A DNA stretch of 63,431 nt from an uncultured Clostridia bacterium (GTDB lineage: Bacteria > Bacillota_I > Bacilli_A > RF39 > UBA660), in the NCBI GenBank assembly GCA_947165365.1, contig CAMVAF010000005.1, positions 1 to 63,431 of the forward strand. Direction: 5' to 3'. Made by a program: the position numbers and the translations under genes. How positions within the stretch are numbered: position 1 is the stretch's first letter; every line of letters begins with the position of its first letter. Shown one piece after another: positions 47,940 to 58,705 of this stretch. The notes under the pieces were generated by a model. The model saw only the letters and a list, made by a program, of their open reading frames with translations, did no database searches and had not been told where the DNA came from.

Positions 47940-48382
47940 TATAAATTACTAAGTCTTTCTTTAATTAGAGAACTAACCTCTTTCATATCTGCTTTTCCTT
48001 TTACTAAAGGTGTTATTTCTCTCATGATAAGTCCCATGTCTTTTTCACTTGTAGGATTTACTTTTGTAAATACATTGTCTATTATTTTCTTTATTTCTTC
48101 CTTATCAAGTTGTTTTGGTAAATATTCTTGTAATAAAGTTATTTCACTATTTGTTTTTTCTATTAAATCATTTCTATTTCCTTTTTTAAATTCCTCGATA
48201 GATTCACGTCTTGTTTTAATACCTCTTGTAAGAATAGTTATTACAAGATCATCATTAATCTCTACTTTCTTATTAATATGTTCAAGATCTACTTCTCCTT
48301 TTATTCCTCTTAATGTTTGAACTTTTAAAGTATCTTTTGCTTTCATGAAAGATACAATATCTTCTTTAATTTTATCGTACAT
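47939..48382 (-). CDS. GatB/YqeY domain protein
   Basis: [17 protein letters not shown]...LRGIKGE...EYLP.QL..EE pattern. GGAGG SD before the ATG at 48382. Confidence 0.85.
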   Translation of the reverse strand: MYDKIKEDIVSFMKAKDTLKVQTLRGIKGEVDLEHINKKVEINDDLVITILTRGIKTRRESIEEFKKGNRNDLIEKTNSEITLLQEYLPKQLDKEEIKKIIDNVFTKVNPTSEKDMGLIMREITPLVKGKADMKEVSSLIKERLSNL

Positions 48383-48432
48383 ATTTATCGCCTCCATAAT
48401 AATTATAAAATATTTTTTTTAATTTGAAAAGA

Positions 48433-49251
48433 CTATGATACTAATTTTTTATAAGTACTTTTACCTACTATTCCATCTACTTTTAATCCATTGTTTTTTT
48501 GATAAAGTTTAACTGCTTTTAAAGTATCTGGTCCAAAACTTCCATCTATTCCATAACTTCCTACAGAATAGCCTAATGTTTTTAATCTTTCCTGTAACCA
48601 TTTAACCATTATTTTAGCCTTGATACCTTTTTTTAGATTATGAGCTGAACATGCCTTAGTAGTTAATGGTCCAAAACTTCCATCAACTGCTAGTCCACAG
48701 TTCCATTGTTCATTAAATTTTCTTTGAAGGGTCTTAACTAATTCTTTATTACCATAATTATTTGGATATTTAATATACTTTAATTTTCCATGATAAGTCC
48801 ATGTTAAATTTCTTTTTCCATTATAATAACGATATCCTTTATTATTGATAGTACTTATAATACATTTTCTTGTATTCCAACCAGTGGTACATTCAAATAC
48901 TTTACCTCCACCAAGATATATTCCTGAGTGATTATACTTGGTTCCTTTCATACACAAGTATTCACCCGGAATAAGATTATTAAATTTTTTTGATACATTA
49001 GTACAATAATTTAAGGCTCCATTACATGTAAAATCAGCTACACCATTTGATTTATAAATAGTACCTCCTCTTGTTAATTTTTTATCAGCTTTAAATCCCC
49101 AAAGAATTGATTTAATAGATGTTATACAATCAAATTGCCATTGACCATTACTATTTATTTTACTCCAGTTTTTACCACTATAATAAACATTAGGAACTTT
49201 ATTTACTAACCAATAAAGTTTATCAATAAATTCTTTACTTGTAAAAACCAT
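48433..49251 (-). CDS. cell-wall hydrolase-like protein: N-terminal Cys/His (NlpC/P60- or CHAP-like) domain plus two PG_binding_1 repeats, no signal peptide
   Basis: Candidate catalytic residues lie in FDCITSIK and NHSGIYLGG. Two repeats are present (VDGSFGPLTTKA; IDGSFGPDTLKAVKLYQKNNGLKVDGIVGKSTYKKL). Confidence 0.65.
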   Translation of the reverse strand: MVFTSKEFIDKLYWLVNKVPNVYYSGKNWSKINSNGQWQFDCITSIKSILWGFKADKKLTRGGTIYKSNGVADFTCNGALNYCTNVSKKFNNLIPGEYLCMKGTKYNHSGIYLGGGKVFECTTGWNTRKCIISTINNKGYRYYNGKRNLTWTYHGKLKYIKYPNNYGNKELVKTLQRKFNEQWNCGLAVDGSFGPLTTKACSAHNLKKGIKAKIMVKWLQERLKTLGYSVGSYGIDGSFGPDTLKAVKLYQKNNGLKVDGIVGKSTYKKLVS

Positions 49252-49348
49252 TTTTCACCTCCATTATATTTTATTGAAAAATTAATTTTCTAAATAATTA
49301 CTTTAACTATTTAAAAATAATAGCATATATTAAAAAGAAGGAGGATTA

Positions 49349-50329
49349 ATGAAAAAAATATATTATCAAATAATTTTTATTTTTATAATCTTTTTAGTAG
49401 CTTGTATACTTTTATTTAGTAAAAAAGATGAATCTACTCTTCAAAAAGTAAGAGTCAGTGAAGTAGCACATAGTATTTTTTATGCTCCACAATATGTGGC
49501 TATTCATAATAACTATTTTAAAGAAGAAGGTATTGACATTGAGCTTATTTTAGGTAATGGTGCTGATAAAGTAGTAGCTAGTGTTTTATCTGGTGATGTT
49601 GATATTGGATTCTCTGGCAGTGAAGCTACTATATATGTATATAATGGTGGAGAAAAAGATTATTTAAAAACTTTTGCCCAATTAACTCAAAAGGATGGAA
49701 GTTTTATTGTATCAAGAGAGAAAAAAGATAATTTTACTTTAAATGATTTAAAAGGAAAATATTATATAGCAGGTAGAATTGGTGGAATGCCTTTTATGAC
49801 TTTGAAGTATATCTTAAATCAAAGTGGTATTAAAGATGATGAATTAACACTTGATACTAGTATTGCTTTCTCATCAATGGCATCATCATTTATTGGAGGT
49901 ATAGGTGACTATGTATCACTTTTTGAACCTACCGCAACAAATATGGTTAACCAAGGATATGGTTATATTGTAGCAAGTCTTGGAGAGTTAGGTGGAACTG
50001 TACCTTATACTTCATATAGTGCTCGTACATCTTTTATTGAAAAAAATCCCGAATTAATTAAAAAATTTACTAAGGCTATACAAAAAGGAATCGATTTTGT
50101 TAATAGTCACGATGCTAAAGAAATAGCAGAAATAATAAAAGTAGAATTTCCTGATACAGATATAAAAGACATTATAAGTGCTATTAATCAATATAAATCA
50201 GTAAATACTTGGCCTAAAAATACCGATTTTTCTAAGGAATCCTTTAATCACATGCAAGATATTATGATTAATGCCAAAGAAATAACGGATAAAGTTAGTT
50301 ATGAAGATTTAATATATAAAATAAAATAA
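49349..50329 (+). CDS. lipoprotein, NMT1/THI5-like ABC-type substrate-binding protein (orphan)
   Basis: Strong SD AAGGAGG, lipobox LVAC, and NMT1-like features (VAHSIFYAPQYVA...G.DIGFSG). Confidence 0.7.
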   Translation: MKKIYYQIIFIFIIFLVACILLFSKKDESTLQKVRVSEVAHSIFYAPQYVAIHNNYFKEEGIDIELILGNGADKVVASVLSGDVDIGFSGSEATIYVYNGGEKDYLKTFAQLTQKDGSFIVSREKKDNFTLNDLKGKYYIAGRIGGMPFMTLKYILNQSGIKDDELTLDTSIAFSSMASSFIGGIGDYVSLFEPTATNMVNQGYGYIVASLGELGGTVPYTSYSARTSFIEKNPELIKKFTKAIQKGIDFVNSHDAKEIAEIIKVEFPDTDIKDIISAINQYKSVNTWPKNTDFSKESFNHMQDIMINAKEITDKVSYEDLIYKIK

Positions 50330-50351
50330 ATCGTATTAAATACGATTTATT

Positions 50352-51905
50352 TTATTTAGCCTCTTCTTGAGCTCTTGTTTCTCTAATTACAGTTACTTTA
50401 ATTGTTCCAGGATATTGCATTTCACTTTCTATTTTATCTTTAATATCTCTTGCAATCTTGAAACTTTCCAAATCATCTACTTCTTCTGGTTTAACAATAA
50501 CTCGAAGTTCACGTCCTGCTTGTACAGCAAATGATTTATCAACACCTGAAATATTATTAGCAATACCTTCTAATTGTTCAAGTCTTTTTATATAATTTTC
50601 TAGTGAATCATTTCTTGCCCCTGGACGTGATGCTGATAATGCATCAGCAATAGCCACAATGACACTTATGGTACTTGTTGCAGCAGTATCACCATGATGA
50701 GAAGCTATAGCATTAATTACTACATCATTTTCATGATATTTTTTAGCAAGATCAACACCAAGTTCAACATGACTTCCTAGTGCTTCGTGGTCGATGGCCT
50801 TACCAATATCATGTAAAAGTCCAGCACGACGAGCTAGCATCACATTTTCACCAAGTTCTCCAGCAATTACACCAGATAAGTGGCCTACTTCAATGGAATG
50901 TGTTAAAGCATTTTGTCCATAACTTGTACGAAAATTTAATTTACCAATTGTTTCAATTAAATTATGATCCATTTTGGTAATTCCAAGTTCAAATAATGCA
51001 TTATTACCAAGTTCCATTATTTTTGAATTCATTTCTTTGGCAGTTTTATCATATAATTCTTCTATTCTTGTTGGATGAATTCTTCCATCTTTAATCAAAG
51101 TTTCAAGAGTAACTCTTGCAATTTCTCTTCTTAAAGGGTCAAAACTTGATAGCACAACTGCTTCTGGAGTATCATCAATAATAAAATCAACTCCTGTTAT
51201 AGCCTCAAGGGTTCTAATATTTCTCCCTTCTCGACCAATAATTCGACCTTTCATTTCTTCAGATGGCAAATTTACTACAGTTACTGTATCTTGACTTGCT
51301 ACATCTGCGGCATATCTTTGCATAGAACTTACAAGTATTTCTCTTGCTTTCTTATCACATTCTAGTTTTGCTTCTTGCTCACGATCTTTAATATAAGCCG
51401 TAATTTCCTTTGTCATGGATTCTTTTACCTTTTCCATAACTTTCTTTTGAGCTTCTTCCTTACTAATCCCTGAAATTTTGTTTAATACCGCGATTTGTTC
51501 TTGTTTTATTTCTTCCACTTTTGTTCTTTCAGCATCAATACTTGCTTGCTTACTAATTATTTTTGCTTCTCTTTCATCTAATGCCTCTTCGCGTTTTTGA
51601 AATAATAAATCTCTTTTATCAATATTTTCTTCTCTTTGATTTAAACGAGTTTCCATCTCCTTTAATTCTTGCTTTCTTTCTCTAATCTCCTTATCAGCAT
51701 CCAACTTCATACGATGATTTTCTTCTTTTGCTTCAAGAATACTATCTCTTTTTAACTTTTCAGCTTCTTTTTTGGCGTTATCTAAGATTTTTTCTCTTTC
51801 TTTTTTGGATGCCTTTCCTCTAACATTACTTATTATGAAAGCTATCGCTCCACCAATAATTATTCCAATAACGGCGAACAAAATGGAAAGTACTGTTTTA
51901 TCCAT
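50352..51905 (-). CDS. rny: ribonuclease Y
   Basis: N-terminal TM, a coiled coil, a KH domain ([12 protein letters not shown]) and an HD domain (HSIEV...LLHDIGKA). AAGGAGAG SD before the ATG at 51905. Confidence 0.95.
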   Translation of the reverse strand: MDKTVLSILFAVIGIIIGGAIAFIISNVRGKASKKEREKILDNAKKEAEKLKRDSILEAKEENHRMKLDADKEIRERKQELKEMETRLNQREENIDKRDLLFQKREEALDEREAKIISKQASIDAERTKVEEIKQEQIAVLNKISGISKEEAQKKVMEKVKESMTKEITAYIKDREQEAKLECDKKAREILVSSMQRYAADVASQDTVTVVNLPSEEMKGRIIGREGRNIRTLEAITGVDFIIDDTPEAVVLSSFDPLRREIARVTLETLIKDGRIHPTRIEELYDKTAKEMNSKIMELGNNALFELGITKMDHNLIETIGKLNFRTSYGQNALTHSIEVGHLSGVIAGELGENVMLARRAGLLHDIGKAIDHEALGSHVELGVDLAKKYHENDVVINAIASHHGDTAATSTISVIVAIADALSASRPGARNDSLENYIKRLEQLEGIANNISGVDKSFAVQAGRELRVIVKPEEVDDLESFKIARDIKDKIESEMQYPGTIKVTVIRETRAQEEAK

Positions 51906-52010
51906 TTTCTCTCCTTCTAGTATTTTTCTAATATATAGCAAACCCCATAATACCATGGTTAGACTATTACACTCATAAAAACATCATGTACAAATATAAC
52001 ATCTACTTTT

Positions 52011-52039
52011 ATTTTAAAGTTTTCTTTATACATTGTCAA
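52011..52039 (-). promoter_or_regulatory. sigma-A type promoter for rny
   Basis: On the minus strand: TTGACA, a 17-nt spacer, then TAAAAT. Confidence 0.55.
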
Positions 52040-52063
52040 TTATTTTTCAATCATAATTGACAA
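52033..52063. promoter_or_regulatory. 11-bp-arm perfect inverted repeat (TTGTCAATTAT-N9-ATAATTGACAA) in the rny/recU divergent control region
   Basis: A perfect palindrome whose arms each contain a TTGACA hexamer facing outward. Confidence 0.45.
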
Positions 52064-52141
52064 TAATGTACATAATATTATTTAAAAAAGGTAGAAAAAA
52101 AAATAAAAGTATAATATAATGGTATGTAGTAGGTGAAATTT

Positions 52142-52711
52142 ATGAATTATCCTAGTGGTATCAAAAAAGATAAAACAACAATTACAAGAAGGAAAATAGA
52201 TTATAAAAATCGTGGAATGAATTTAGAAAATGATATTAATGAAACCAACAACTACTATATTGAGAAAAATATCGCTTTTATATATAAGAAACCTACTCCC
52301 ATTAAGTTAGTTAAAGTTGACTATAAAAAAGGAAGAATTGATGAAGCTTATTTTGAAATGCCATCTACAACTGATTATAATGGTATATATAATGGTAAAT
52401 ATATTGACTTTGAAGCTAAAGAAACTACAAATCAAAAAGGTTTTCCTATTACAAATATTCATAAACATCAAATACAACATATAAGAAATATTTATAATAG
52501 TAAGGGAATATGTTTTTTAATAGTTAGATTTACAAAATATAATGAAACATATTTATTATTAGCTAAAGATTTTCTTGAATATATTGATAATGTAGGAAAA
52601 AGCATTATTCCAAGGGAATATTTTATAAATAAAGGTTTTAGAATTAAAGATAAATATATAAAGAAAGTTGATTATTTAGAAATACTTAATAAAATGGAGG
52701 ATGAAAAATGA
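52142..52711 (+). CDS. recU: Holliday junction resolvase RecU
   Basis: MNYPSG......RGMNLENDIN.TN.YY......I.KKPTPI..V.V...........F....STTDYNG.Y.G.YIDFEAKET matches RecU. Followed by the PBP1A gene, as in Bacillus. Confidence 0.92.
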   Translation: MNYPSGIKKDKTTITRRKIDYKNRGMNLENDINETNNYYIEKNIAFIYKKPTPIKLVKVDYKKGRIDEAYFEMPSTTDYNGIYNGKYIDFEAKETTNQKGFPITNIHKHQIQHIRNIYNSKGICFLIVRFTKYNETYLLLAKDFLEYIDNVGKSIIPREYFINKGFRIKDKYIKKVDYLEILNKMEDEK

Positions 52712-55596
52712 AAAAAGAAGAATCTAAAAAGAAAAATGTAAAAAATGAGGAAAATATTTCTAAGAAAAAATTAAAACCGAAATCTAGTATCATCAGTTTG
52801 TTAATCATAGTCATAGTTTTTGGTATACTATTTATTCTTGGAAAGAAATTTCTAGGATTAGCAATGACTGCTATATTAATTGCTGGTTTAGCAATAATTT
52901 TATTTCTAGGTTATCTTTTAGATAAACCAAGAACTAAAGGTAAAAGAAAAAAAACTATAAAAATTATTATTATGATTTTATTGGCATTAACAATCTTAGG
53001 ACTAATAGGTGTATCTGCTTTTCTTGTATATGTAGTTAAACAAGCACCAGACTTTAAAGAAGAAATGTTAAAATCAAAAGAAGCAACGATTTTCTATGAT
53101 AGTGAGGGCAAGGAATACGCAAAAGTTGGTCTTGAACTTAGAGAAAATATCGAATATGATCAATTATCAGAAGTATTTATTGATGCTTTAGTTGCAACAG
53201 AGGATTCAAGATTTTTCCAACATAATGGTTTTGATTTAATGCGTTTCGTTAAAGCGGCAGTTGGTCAAGCTGCTGGCCAAGGTGATGCCGGTGGTGGTTC
53301 AACTCTTACAATGCAATTATCAAAAAATGTTTTTACAACTAAAGAAGCAAAAGGTTTTGCGGGAATAGTTAGAAAATTTACTGATATTTATATTTCCATC
53401 TTCCAAATTGAAAGAAATTATACTAAACAACAAATTATTGAATTTTACACAAATATTCACTCTTTTGGAAAAAACATCTTTGGTGTACAAGAAGCTTCCC
53501 AATATTTCTTTGGAAAAGATGCAAAAGATTTAAATTTATCTGAGGCTGCTGTTCTTGCAGGAATGTATCAAGCACCAAGCACTTATAATCCATTTGATCA
53601 TCCACAAGCTGCAGAAAAACGTCGTAATACCGTTTTATATTTAATGGAAAGACATGGATATATCACAAAAGAAGAACGTGATATGGCAAGTAAAATTCCA
53701 ATAGAAAGTTTACTAACAACAACAGCAACAAGTAAAAATCCATATCAACCATATATTGATTTAGTATGTCAAGAAGTAAAAGATAAATATGGTGTTGATC
53801 CATATTCTACTCCAATGTTAATTTATACAAATATGATAAGATCAAATCAAGATGGAATTAATAAAATAATGGATGGCAAATCATCATTTAAGTGGAAAGA
53901 TGATGATATGCAAGCTGGTATTGCTGTTATAGATTCTACCAGTGGAAAAATTAACGCTATTGGTTCAGGAAGAAATAAAAGTGGTGCAAAAAGTTATAGT
54001 TTTGCAACTTTTGATGCAAAATCACAAAGACAAATAGGATCAACCGCCAAACCATTATTTGATTATGGTCCTGGAATGGAATACAATAACTGGTCTACTT
54101 ATACCCCATTTGTTGATGAACCTTACACTTATTCAAATGGTAAAAAAATAAATAACTTTGATGGTGCTTATAAAGGACAAATTACTCTAAGACAAGCTTT
54201 ATCTGGTTCAAGAAATGTTCCAGCATTAAAGGCATTCCAACAAGTTGATAATAAAAAAATTGTTGATTTTGTAACAAGTGTTGGTATAACTCCTGAAATA
54301 AGCGATGGAATGATTCATGAAGCGCATGCTATTGGAGCATTTACAGGTTCTAATCCTCTTGCTATGGCAGGTGCATATCAAATATTTAGTAATGGTGGAT
54401 ATTATTACGAACCATATTCAGTAAGTAAAATAATATTTAGAGATAGTGATAGTGAACCAGTTGAATATTCTGCACCAAAAATTAAAATTATAAGCGAATC
54501 AACAGCCTATATGATTACTGATATTTTAAAAGCTGTTCCTAATGGAACAACAAAAGCCGGACTTTCAAAAGATCATTTTGCTGCTAAAACTGGAACAACT
54601 AATGTTGATTCAGCAACAAAGAAAAAAAGAGGTCTACCAAGTAGTATTGTAAGAGATTACTGGATTATGGGTTATACACATAATGTTGTAATTGGAATAT
54701 GGATTGGTTATGAAGAATTAAATAAAACACATTACTTAAATTACAATTATGATGGTGGAAAAAGACATCAATTATTAAATCAAGTTGCCAAAGTTTGTTT
54801 TAAACATGATGGTAAAGATTTCACAAGGCCAAGTTCAGTTGTAACTAGTAAAGTTGAAAAAGGATCAAATCCACCAAAACTTCCAAGTGCCAATACCCCA
54901 TCAGATCAAATTTTAACAGAATTATTTAAACGTGGTACGGAACCAAGTGAAGTATCAACAAAATATCTCTCCGTAGGCGCTCCTACAGGATTAAAAGTCA
55001 CATTTAATGGTAGTTATGCTTCTCTTTCATGGAATGGTATTCCAAATCCTGATTATATTGATAATGCAACCTTTGGTTACCACATATATTTTAATGATAG
55101 AAAAATTGATTTTACAACTAATACTTCTTATACAATCTCCAATTTAGATAATTATTATGGTACATATTCCGTAAGAGCTGGATATAAGGATACAGATGCT
55201 AACTTAAGTGGTGCTGCAACATATGAATTAAAAGAGAATTCTTGTTCAACATCATTTAATGGAAACAAAGATGTAACCTATAATACAGGTGAAGCTATCG
55301 ATAGTTCATTATATAATGCATCTCATGTAAAAGTAACTTGTAATGGCAGTGATGTTACATCAAATGCAACTATTACCACAATAATAAAAAATTCAGTAGG
55401 AAGCACTGTTAATAGTATATCAAATGCTAACGCAAATACTTATACAATTACGTATCATGTTAAATACAATGACTATACAGGTTCTACAAGCAATGTCATA
55501 AGAATTAAAGAAAAACCTGTATCAACACCTACACCAACTGATACGCCAACACCTATTCCAACTCCAGAACAGCAAGAAAATACTGAAAATAATTAA
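52708..55596 (+). CDS. ponA: bifunctional class A penicillin-binding protein (PBP1A type) with a long C-terminal extension
   Basis: Glycosyltransferase motifs EDSRFFQHNGFD and GGSTLTMQL. Transpeptidase motifs STAKP, SGSRN and KTGTT. C-terminal Ig/FN3-like modules and a PTPTDTPTPIPTP tail. Confidence 0.92.
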   Translation: MKKEESKKKNVKNEENISKKKLKPKSSIISLLIIVIVFGILFILGKKFLGLAMTAILIAGLAIILFLGYLLDKPRTKGKRKKTIKIIIMILLALTILGLIGVSAFLVYVVKQAPDFKEEMLKSKEATIFYDSEGKEYAKVGLELRENIEYDQLSEVFIDALVATEDSRFFQHNGFDLMRFVKAAVGQAAGQGDAGGGSTLTMQLSKNVFTTKEAKGFAGIVRKFTDIYISIFQIERNYTKQQIIEFYTNIHSFGKNIFGVQEASQYFFGKDAKDLNLSEAAVLAGMYQAPSTYNPFDHPQAAEKRRNTVLYLMERHGYITKEERDMASKIPIESLLTTTATSKNPYQPYIDLVCQEVKDKYGVDPYSTPMLIYTNMIRSNQDGINKIMDGKSSFKWKDDDMQAGIAVIDSTSGKINAIGSGRNKSGAKSYSFATFDAKSQRQIGSTAKPLFDYGPGMEYNNWSTYTPFVDEPYTYSNGKKINNFDGAYKGQITLRQALSGSRNVPALKAFQQVDNKKIVDFVTSVGITPEISDGMIHEAHAIGAFTGSNPLAMAGAYQIFSNGGYYYEPYSVSKIIFRDSDSEPVEYSAPKIKIISESTAYMITDILKAVPNGTTKAGLSKDHFAAKTGTTNVDSATKKKRGLPSSIVRDYWIMGYTHNVVIGIWIGYEELNKTHYLNYNYDGGKRHQLLNQVAKVCFKHDGKDFTRPSSVVTSKVEKGSNPPKLPSANTPSDQILTELFKRGTEPSEVSTKYLSVGAPTGLKVTFNGSYASLSWNGIPNPDYIDNATFGYHIYFNDRKIDFTTNTSYTISNLDNYYGTYSVRAGYKDTDANLSGAATYELKENSCSTSFNGNKDVTYNTGEAIDSSLYNASHVKVTCNGSDVTSNATITTIIKNSVGSTVNSISNANANTYTITYHVKYNDYTGSTSNVIRIKEKPVSTPTPTDTPTPIPTPEQQENTENN

Positions 55597-55634
55597 AAAA
55601 AAATTCTTAGTCAACTGACTAGGAATTTTTATTT
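55595..55634. terminator. bidirectional terminator between ponA and the PH-domain gene
   Basis: AATTCTTAGTC-AACT-GACTAGGAATT (11 bp including one G-U) flanked by A-run and T-run. Confidence 0.7.
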
Positions 55635-56059
55635 TCTTCACTAATTCTTTTTTTATCATCATTTATTATTCGATGAATCATTGTTTCTATTTCATCAAGA
55701 GATTTCTTATCTAAATTTGAAATATGAATATTTTCTTTAACAGTATCAATTTCAACATGACCAAAAAATAGACCTGCTCGAATTTTTAAATCATTAAATA
55801 ATTCAGCGCGAACATTAATAATATAATAACCAAGAATTCTTTTCTCACCAACAATGATTCTTTTGTTAGTTAATGCTACAACACAACTATCAAATAAAAA
55901 TCTATTATCATCATTTCTTTGGCCACAAAAAGCATATAATACTTTTTCATCTTTATCTAAAATACTATCAACAACAGCAGCATGTTTTCTTAATCGAAAA
56001 ACTATTGTCATTGGATATTTTCTTTTAAATCTTAAAACCCTAGGGTAAACGCTCATCAT
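55619..56059 (-). CDS. bacterial PH-domain (YokE-like) protein
   Basis: ..EKVLYAFCGQ......CVVALTNKRIIVGEK..... is typical of bPH/YokE-like domains. Confidence 0.5.
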   Translation of the reverse strand: MMSVYPRVLRFKRKYPMTIVFRLRKHAAVVDSILDKDEKVLYAFCGQRNDDNRFLFDSCVVALTNKRIIVGEKRILGYYIINVRAELFNDLKIRAGLFFGHVEIDTVKENIHISNLDKKSLDEIETMIHRIINDDKKRISEENKNS

Positions 56060-56562
56060 TTTACTACCCCACTTTTAACCAATATATTTTGGAATCCTTT
56101 ACTTCCAACATCACCTAAAACTGAATCAAGTTCATATCCTTTACGATAAACAACAGTTGCTGGTGTAGGAATACCTGGATTACCTTCAGGATCATACTGG
56201 TCTTTTAAAACATTTACATTATCATGCAAGAATAAATATTCATCTTTTTCTAAGGTATCAGTATTAAGATACCACACATCTAAATTATAATCGTTTGCTA
56301 CTTGATTAACCAAAGGTTTATAATCGGCACAATGTGAACAATTATCCCTACCAATTAAAATAATTGTAAACTTATCTTCCATAATCTTTTCTTTGTACTC
56401 ATTAAAACTAATATTATGAATTTTCATAGTTTTAGAAATATTTCTTTCATTGGATACCATTATAGCTACTAAAAATACAATTATTAGTATGGCAATTATT
56501 GGTACAATATCTATTAACTTATCTTTTAAATTACTTTTTTCTTTATTTCTTAATTTCTTCAT
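56056..56562 (-). CDS. membrane-anchored thioredoxin-like protein (CSHC)
   Basis: N-terminal TM and a thioredoxin fold with the GRDNCSHCADYKP motif. Confidence 0.65.
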   Translation of the reverse strand: MKKLRNKEKSNLKDKLIDIVPIIAILIIVFLVAIMVSNERNISKTMKIHNISFNEYKEKIMEDKFTIILIGRDNCSHCADYKPLVNQVANDYNLDVWYLNTDTLEKDEYLFLHDNVNVLKDQYDPEGNPGIPTPATVVYRKGYELDSVLGDVGSKGFQNILVKSGVVK

Positions 56563-56588
56563 TGATAACCTCCACTCTCATTATATAA

Positions 56589-57347
56589 TTAATTAAATAA
56601 TAAATCAAATACTTTTTTAAGATAATCCCAAATCGCTTTTAAATAAATCAATAATTGTGATAATTGATCTTCATCATTACTTTTTTCCTCAATATCAGGA
56701 TTTAGTTTTTCTTCATTAATACTAGTATTCCACATACCAACTTTATTTTTTTTAGCATCATCTTCTGCTTTTCTTAGTTCATCAATATATTGATAATCAC
56801 CATAAACATAATAAACTTTTGCAAGCCCATTTTTAATTAATTCTTTTTGTAATAACAAATCATCGGTAAAAACAAAAGCTAAAACTCTTCCATATTTATC
56901 AGTTTTATTACTATTTGCATCATACTCTAACATAATCTTTTTAGATGATTTCAATTTATTACAAGTAAAATCACTTGCTTCTTTGCCAAAGGGATCTCCT
57001 GATACTTCACCATGTTGTATTTCCGGGGTATCAATTGCTAAAAATCTTACTGTTTCTTCTTGACCATGAATTATTAGTTTGGCAGTATCTCCATCAACAC
57101 ATTTAGAAAATAAAGCCTCTTCCCTTTCATTGACAGGTTTAATGTAGCAACTTGGAACATCAACTTCTCCACCTTTAATAACCCATTTATCATCTTTTTG
57201 AATAACTTCATGAAAATGAAGAGGATTTCCATGACTACCATAATATTTACCATTACATTCAAAAATACTCTTTTCATTAATACTTCCACTTGTTGCAGAT
57301 ACATTTATAAATAAGCATACTATTAATATTCCAACTATTTTTTTCAT
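56589..57347 (-). CDS. secreted thermonuclease (SNase) family nuclease
   Basis: Signal peptide, and VDGDTAKL....ETVRFLAIDTPE....DPFGKEA......GR.LAFV.. as in staphylococcal nuclease homologues. Confidence 0.85.
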   Translation of the reverse strand: MKKIVGILIVCLFINVSATSGSINEKSIFECNGKYYGSHGNPLHFHEVIQKDDKWVIKGGEVDVPSCYIKPVNEREEALFSKCVDGDTAKLIIHGQEETVRFLAIDTPEIQHGEVSGDPFGKEASDFTCNKLKSSKKIMLEYDANSNKTDKYGRVLAFVFTDDLLLQKELIKNGLAKVYYVYGDYQYIDELRKAEDDAKKNKVGMWNTSINEEKLNPDIEEKSNDEDQLSQLLIYLKAIWDYLKKVFDLLFN

Positions 57348-57393
57348 ATTCACCTACCCTTTATATTATAATACATTTGATAAATAAAATAAA

Positions 57394-57936
57394 CTATTCT
57401 TCCATGCCTTTTGATAGTAAAATCAATTCCATTTCATTAATTCTTTTAAATAAATTAGTAAAAAAACATATAACAAAAAGATGACCTTTTGTTAATACAT
57501 TTTTTAGATTTAAAGGGAAATTTTTGGTATATAAACTTTTCCTAATATCACTTACTTCTTTAATCATAATTGGAATAAAACATAAACTTATAGAAATAAT
57601 AAGTGCTAAATTTTTACTATGAAATATTTTACCAATAATTAAGCCAACATTATTAATACCTATTATTTTGATAATTGTGTTTACTAAGATAAACATGGTA
57701 ATTAATCTTATACTAACTATTACAGCATCATATAAATTAGAAAAAATAATATTAAGTAAAAAATTAATTATAATCATTATAACAAAAGGTAAATATATTG
57801 GTAATTTTACATGAAAGATTAAACTTAAAATAATTGACAAAAGAAAAATTCCTAATAAAAAATATAAATTTTCAATCAAAAAAATGAAAATTGAAGAAAT
57901 AATCAAAATAATTAATAAAATACTATTAATTAACAT
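57394..57936 (-). CDS. short ECF-transporter T-component-like membrane protein
   Basis: 180-aa polytopic protein overlapping the ATPase gene stop. Position and topology suggest EcfT, but it is about 80 aa shorter than usual. Confidence 0.45.
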   Translation of the reverse strand: MLINSILLIILIISSIFIFLIENLYFLLGIFLLSIILSLIFHVKLPIYLPFVIMIIINFLLNIIFSNLYDAVIVSIRLITMFILVNTIIKIIGINNVGLIIGKIFHSKNLALIISISLCFIPIMIKEVSDIRKSLYTKNFPLNLKNVLTKGHLFVICFFTNLFKRINEMELILLSKGMEE

Positions 57937-58705
57937 GTTTTATAATCTCCTTATCTGATAAATCTTTTAAATTATTATAACCTATTTTATTAATCAATTT
58001 GAATTTCAAAGGAATTTCAAAATCTTTAAGTATTTCTAAATTAGTAAATATTTCTTCTTTAGTATATATACCAGATACTAGATGATCACTATTTAAAAGA
58101 ATAATTTTATCTGCTAATGCTAGCTCATCAATTTGATTTGTACTCATAATAATACCCTTATTTTTTCTTTTTAAATCAAGGATAATGTTATATATGGCCT
58201 GTTTTCCATTATTATCAATCATACTAGTTACTTCATCTAAAAGTAGAAAATCTTTATCAGTTGTTAATACCCCTGCTAAATTTATTCGCTGTTTTTGGCC
58301 CATTGATAGATTATATGGATTGGCATCTTGAAATTCATTCATAGATACTAACTTTAAAGCATTATTTATTTTATTATCGATATCTTCTTCTCCTAAATTA
58401 TTTAGAGTAAATTTTAAATCATCATATACTCTATTAAAAACTATTTGATTATTAGGATTTTGAAAAACTATTCCTATTTTCTTTCTTAATTCAATATTTT
58501 TTATTTTCTTGATATCGATATTATCTAATGTAATTAATCCATGATATTTATTTAAACCTGCTATACATGATAAAAGAGTTGATTTTCCACTACCATTACT
58601 TCCAATAATAACACTAATTTCACCTTTATGAAATTCTAGATTAATATTTTTTAACCCAGTATTCCCTTCTTTATATTTATAATTAACATCAACTAATTTA
58701 ATCAT
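57926..58705 (-). CDS. ABC/ECF transporter ATP-binding protein
   Basis: Walker A GSNGSGKST, signature LSMGQKQR and Walker B FLLLDEVTS. Confidence 0.88.
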   Translation of the reverse strand: MIKLVDVNYKYKEGNTGLKNINLEFHKGEISVIIGSNGSGKSTLLSCIAGLNKYHGLITLDNIDIKKIKNIELRKKIGIVFQNPNNQIVFNRVYDDLKFTLNNLGEEDIDNKINNALKLVSMNEFQDANPYNLSMGQKQRINLAGVLTTDKDFLLLDEVTSMIDNNGKQAIYNIILDLKRKNKGIIMSTNQIDELALADKIILLNSDHLVSGIYTKEEIFTNLEILKDFEIPLKFKLINKIGYNNLKDLSDKEIIKHVN

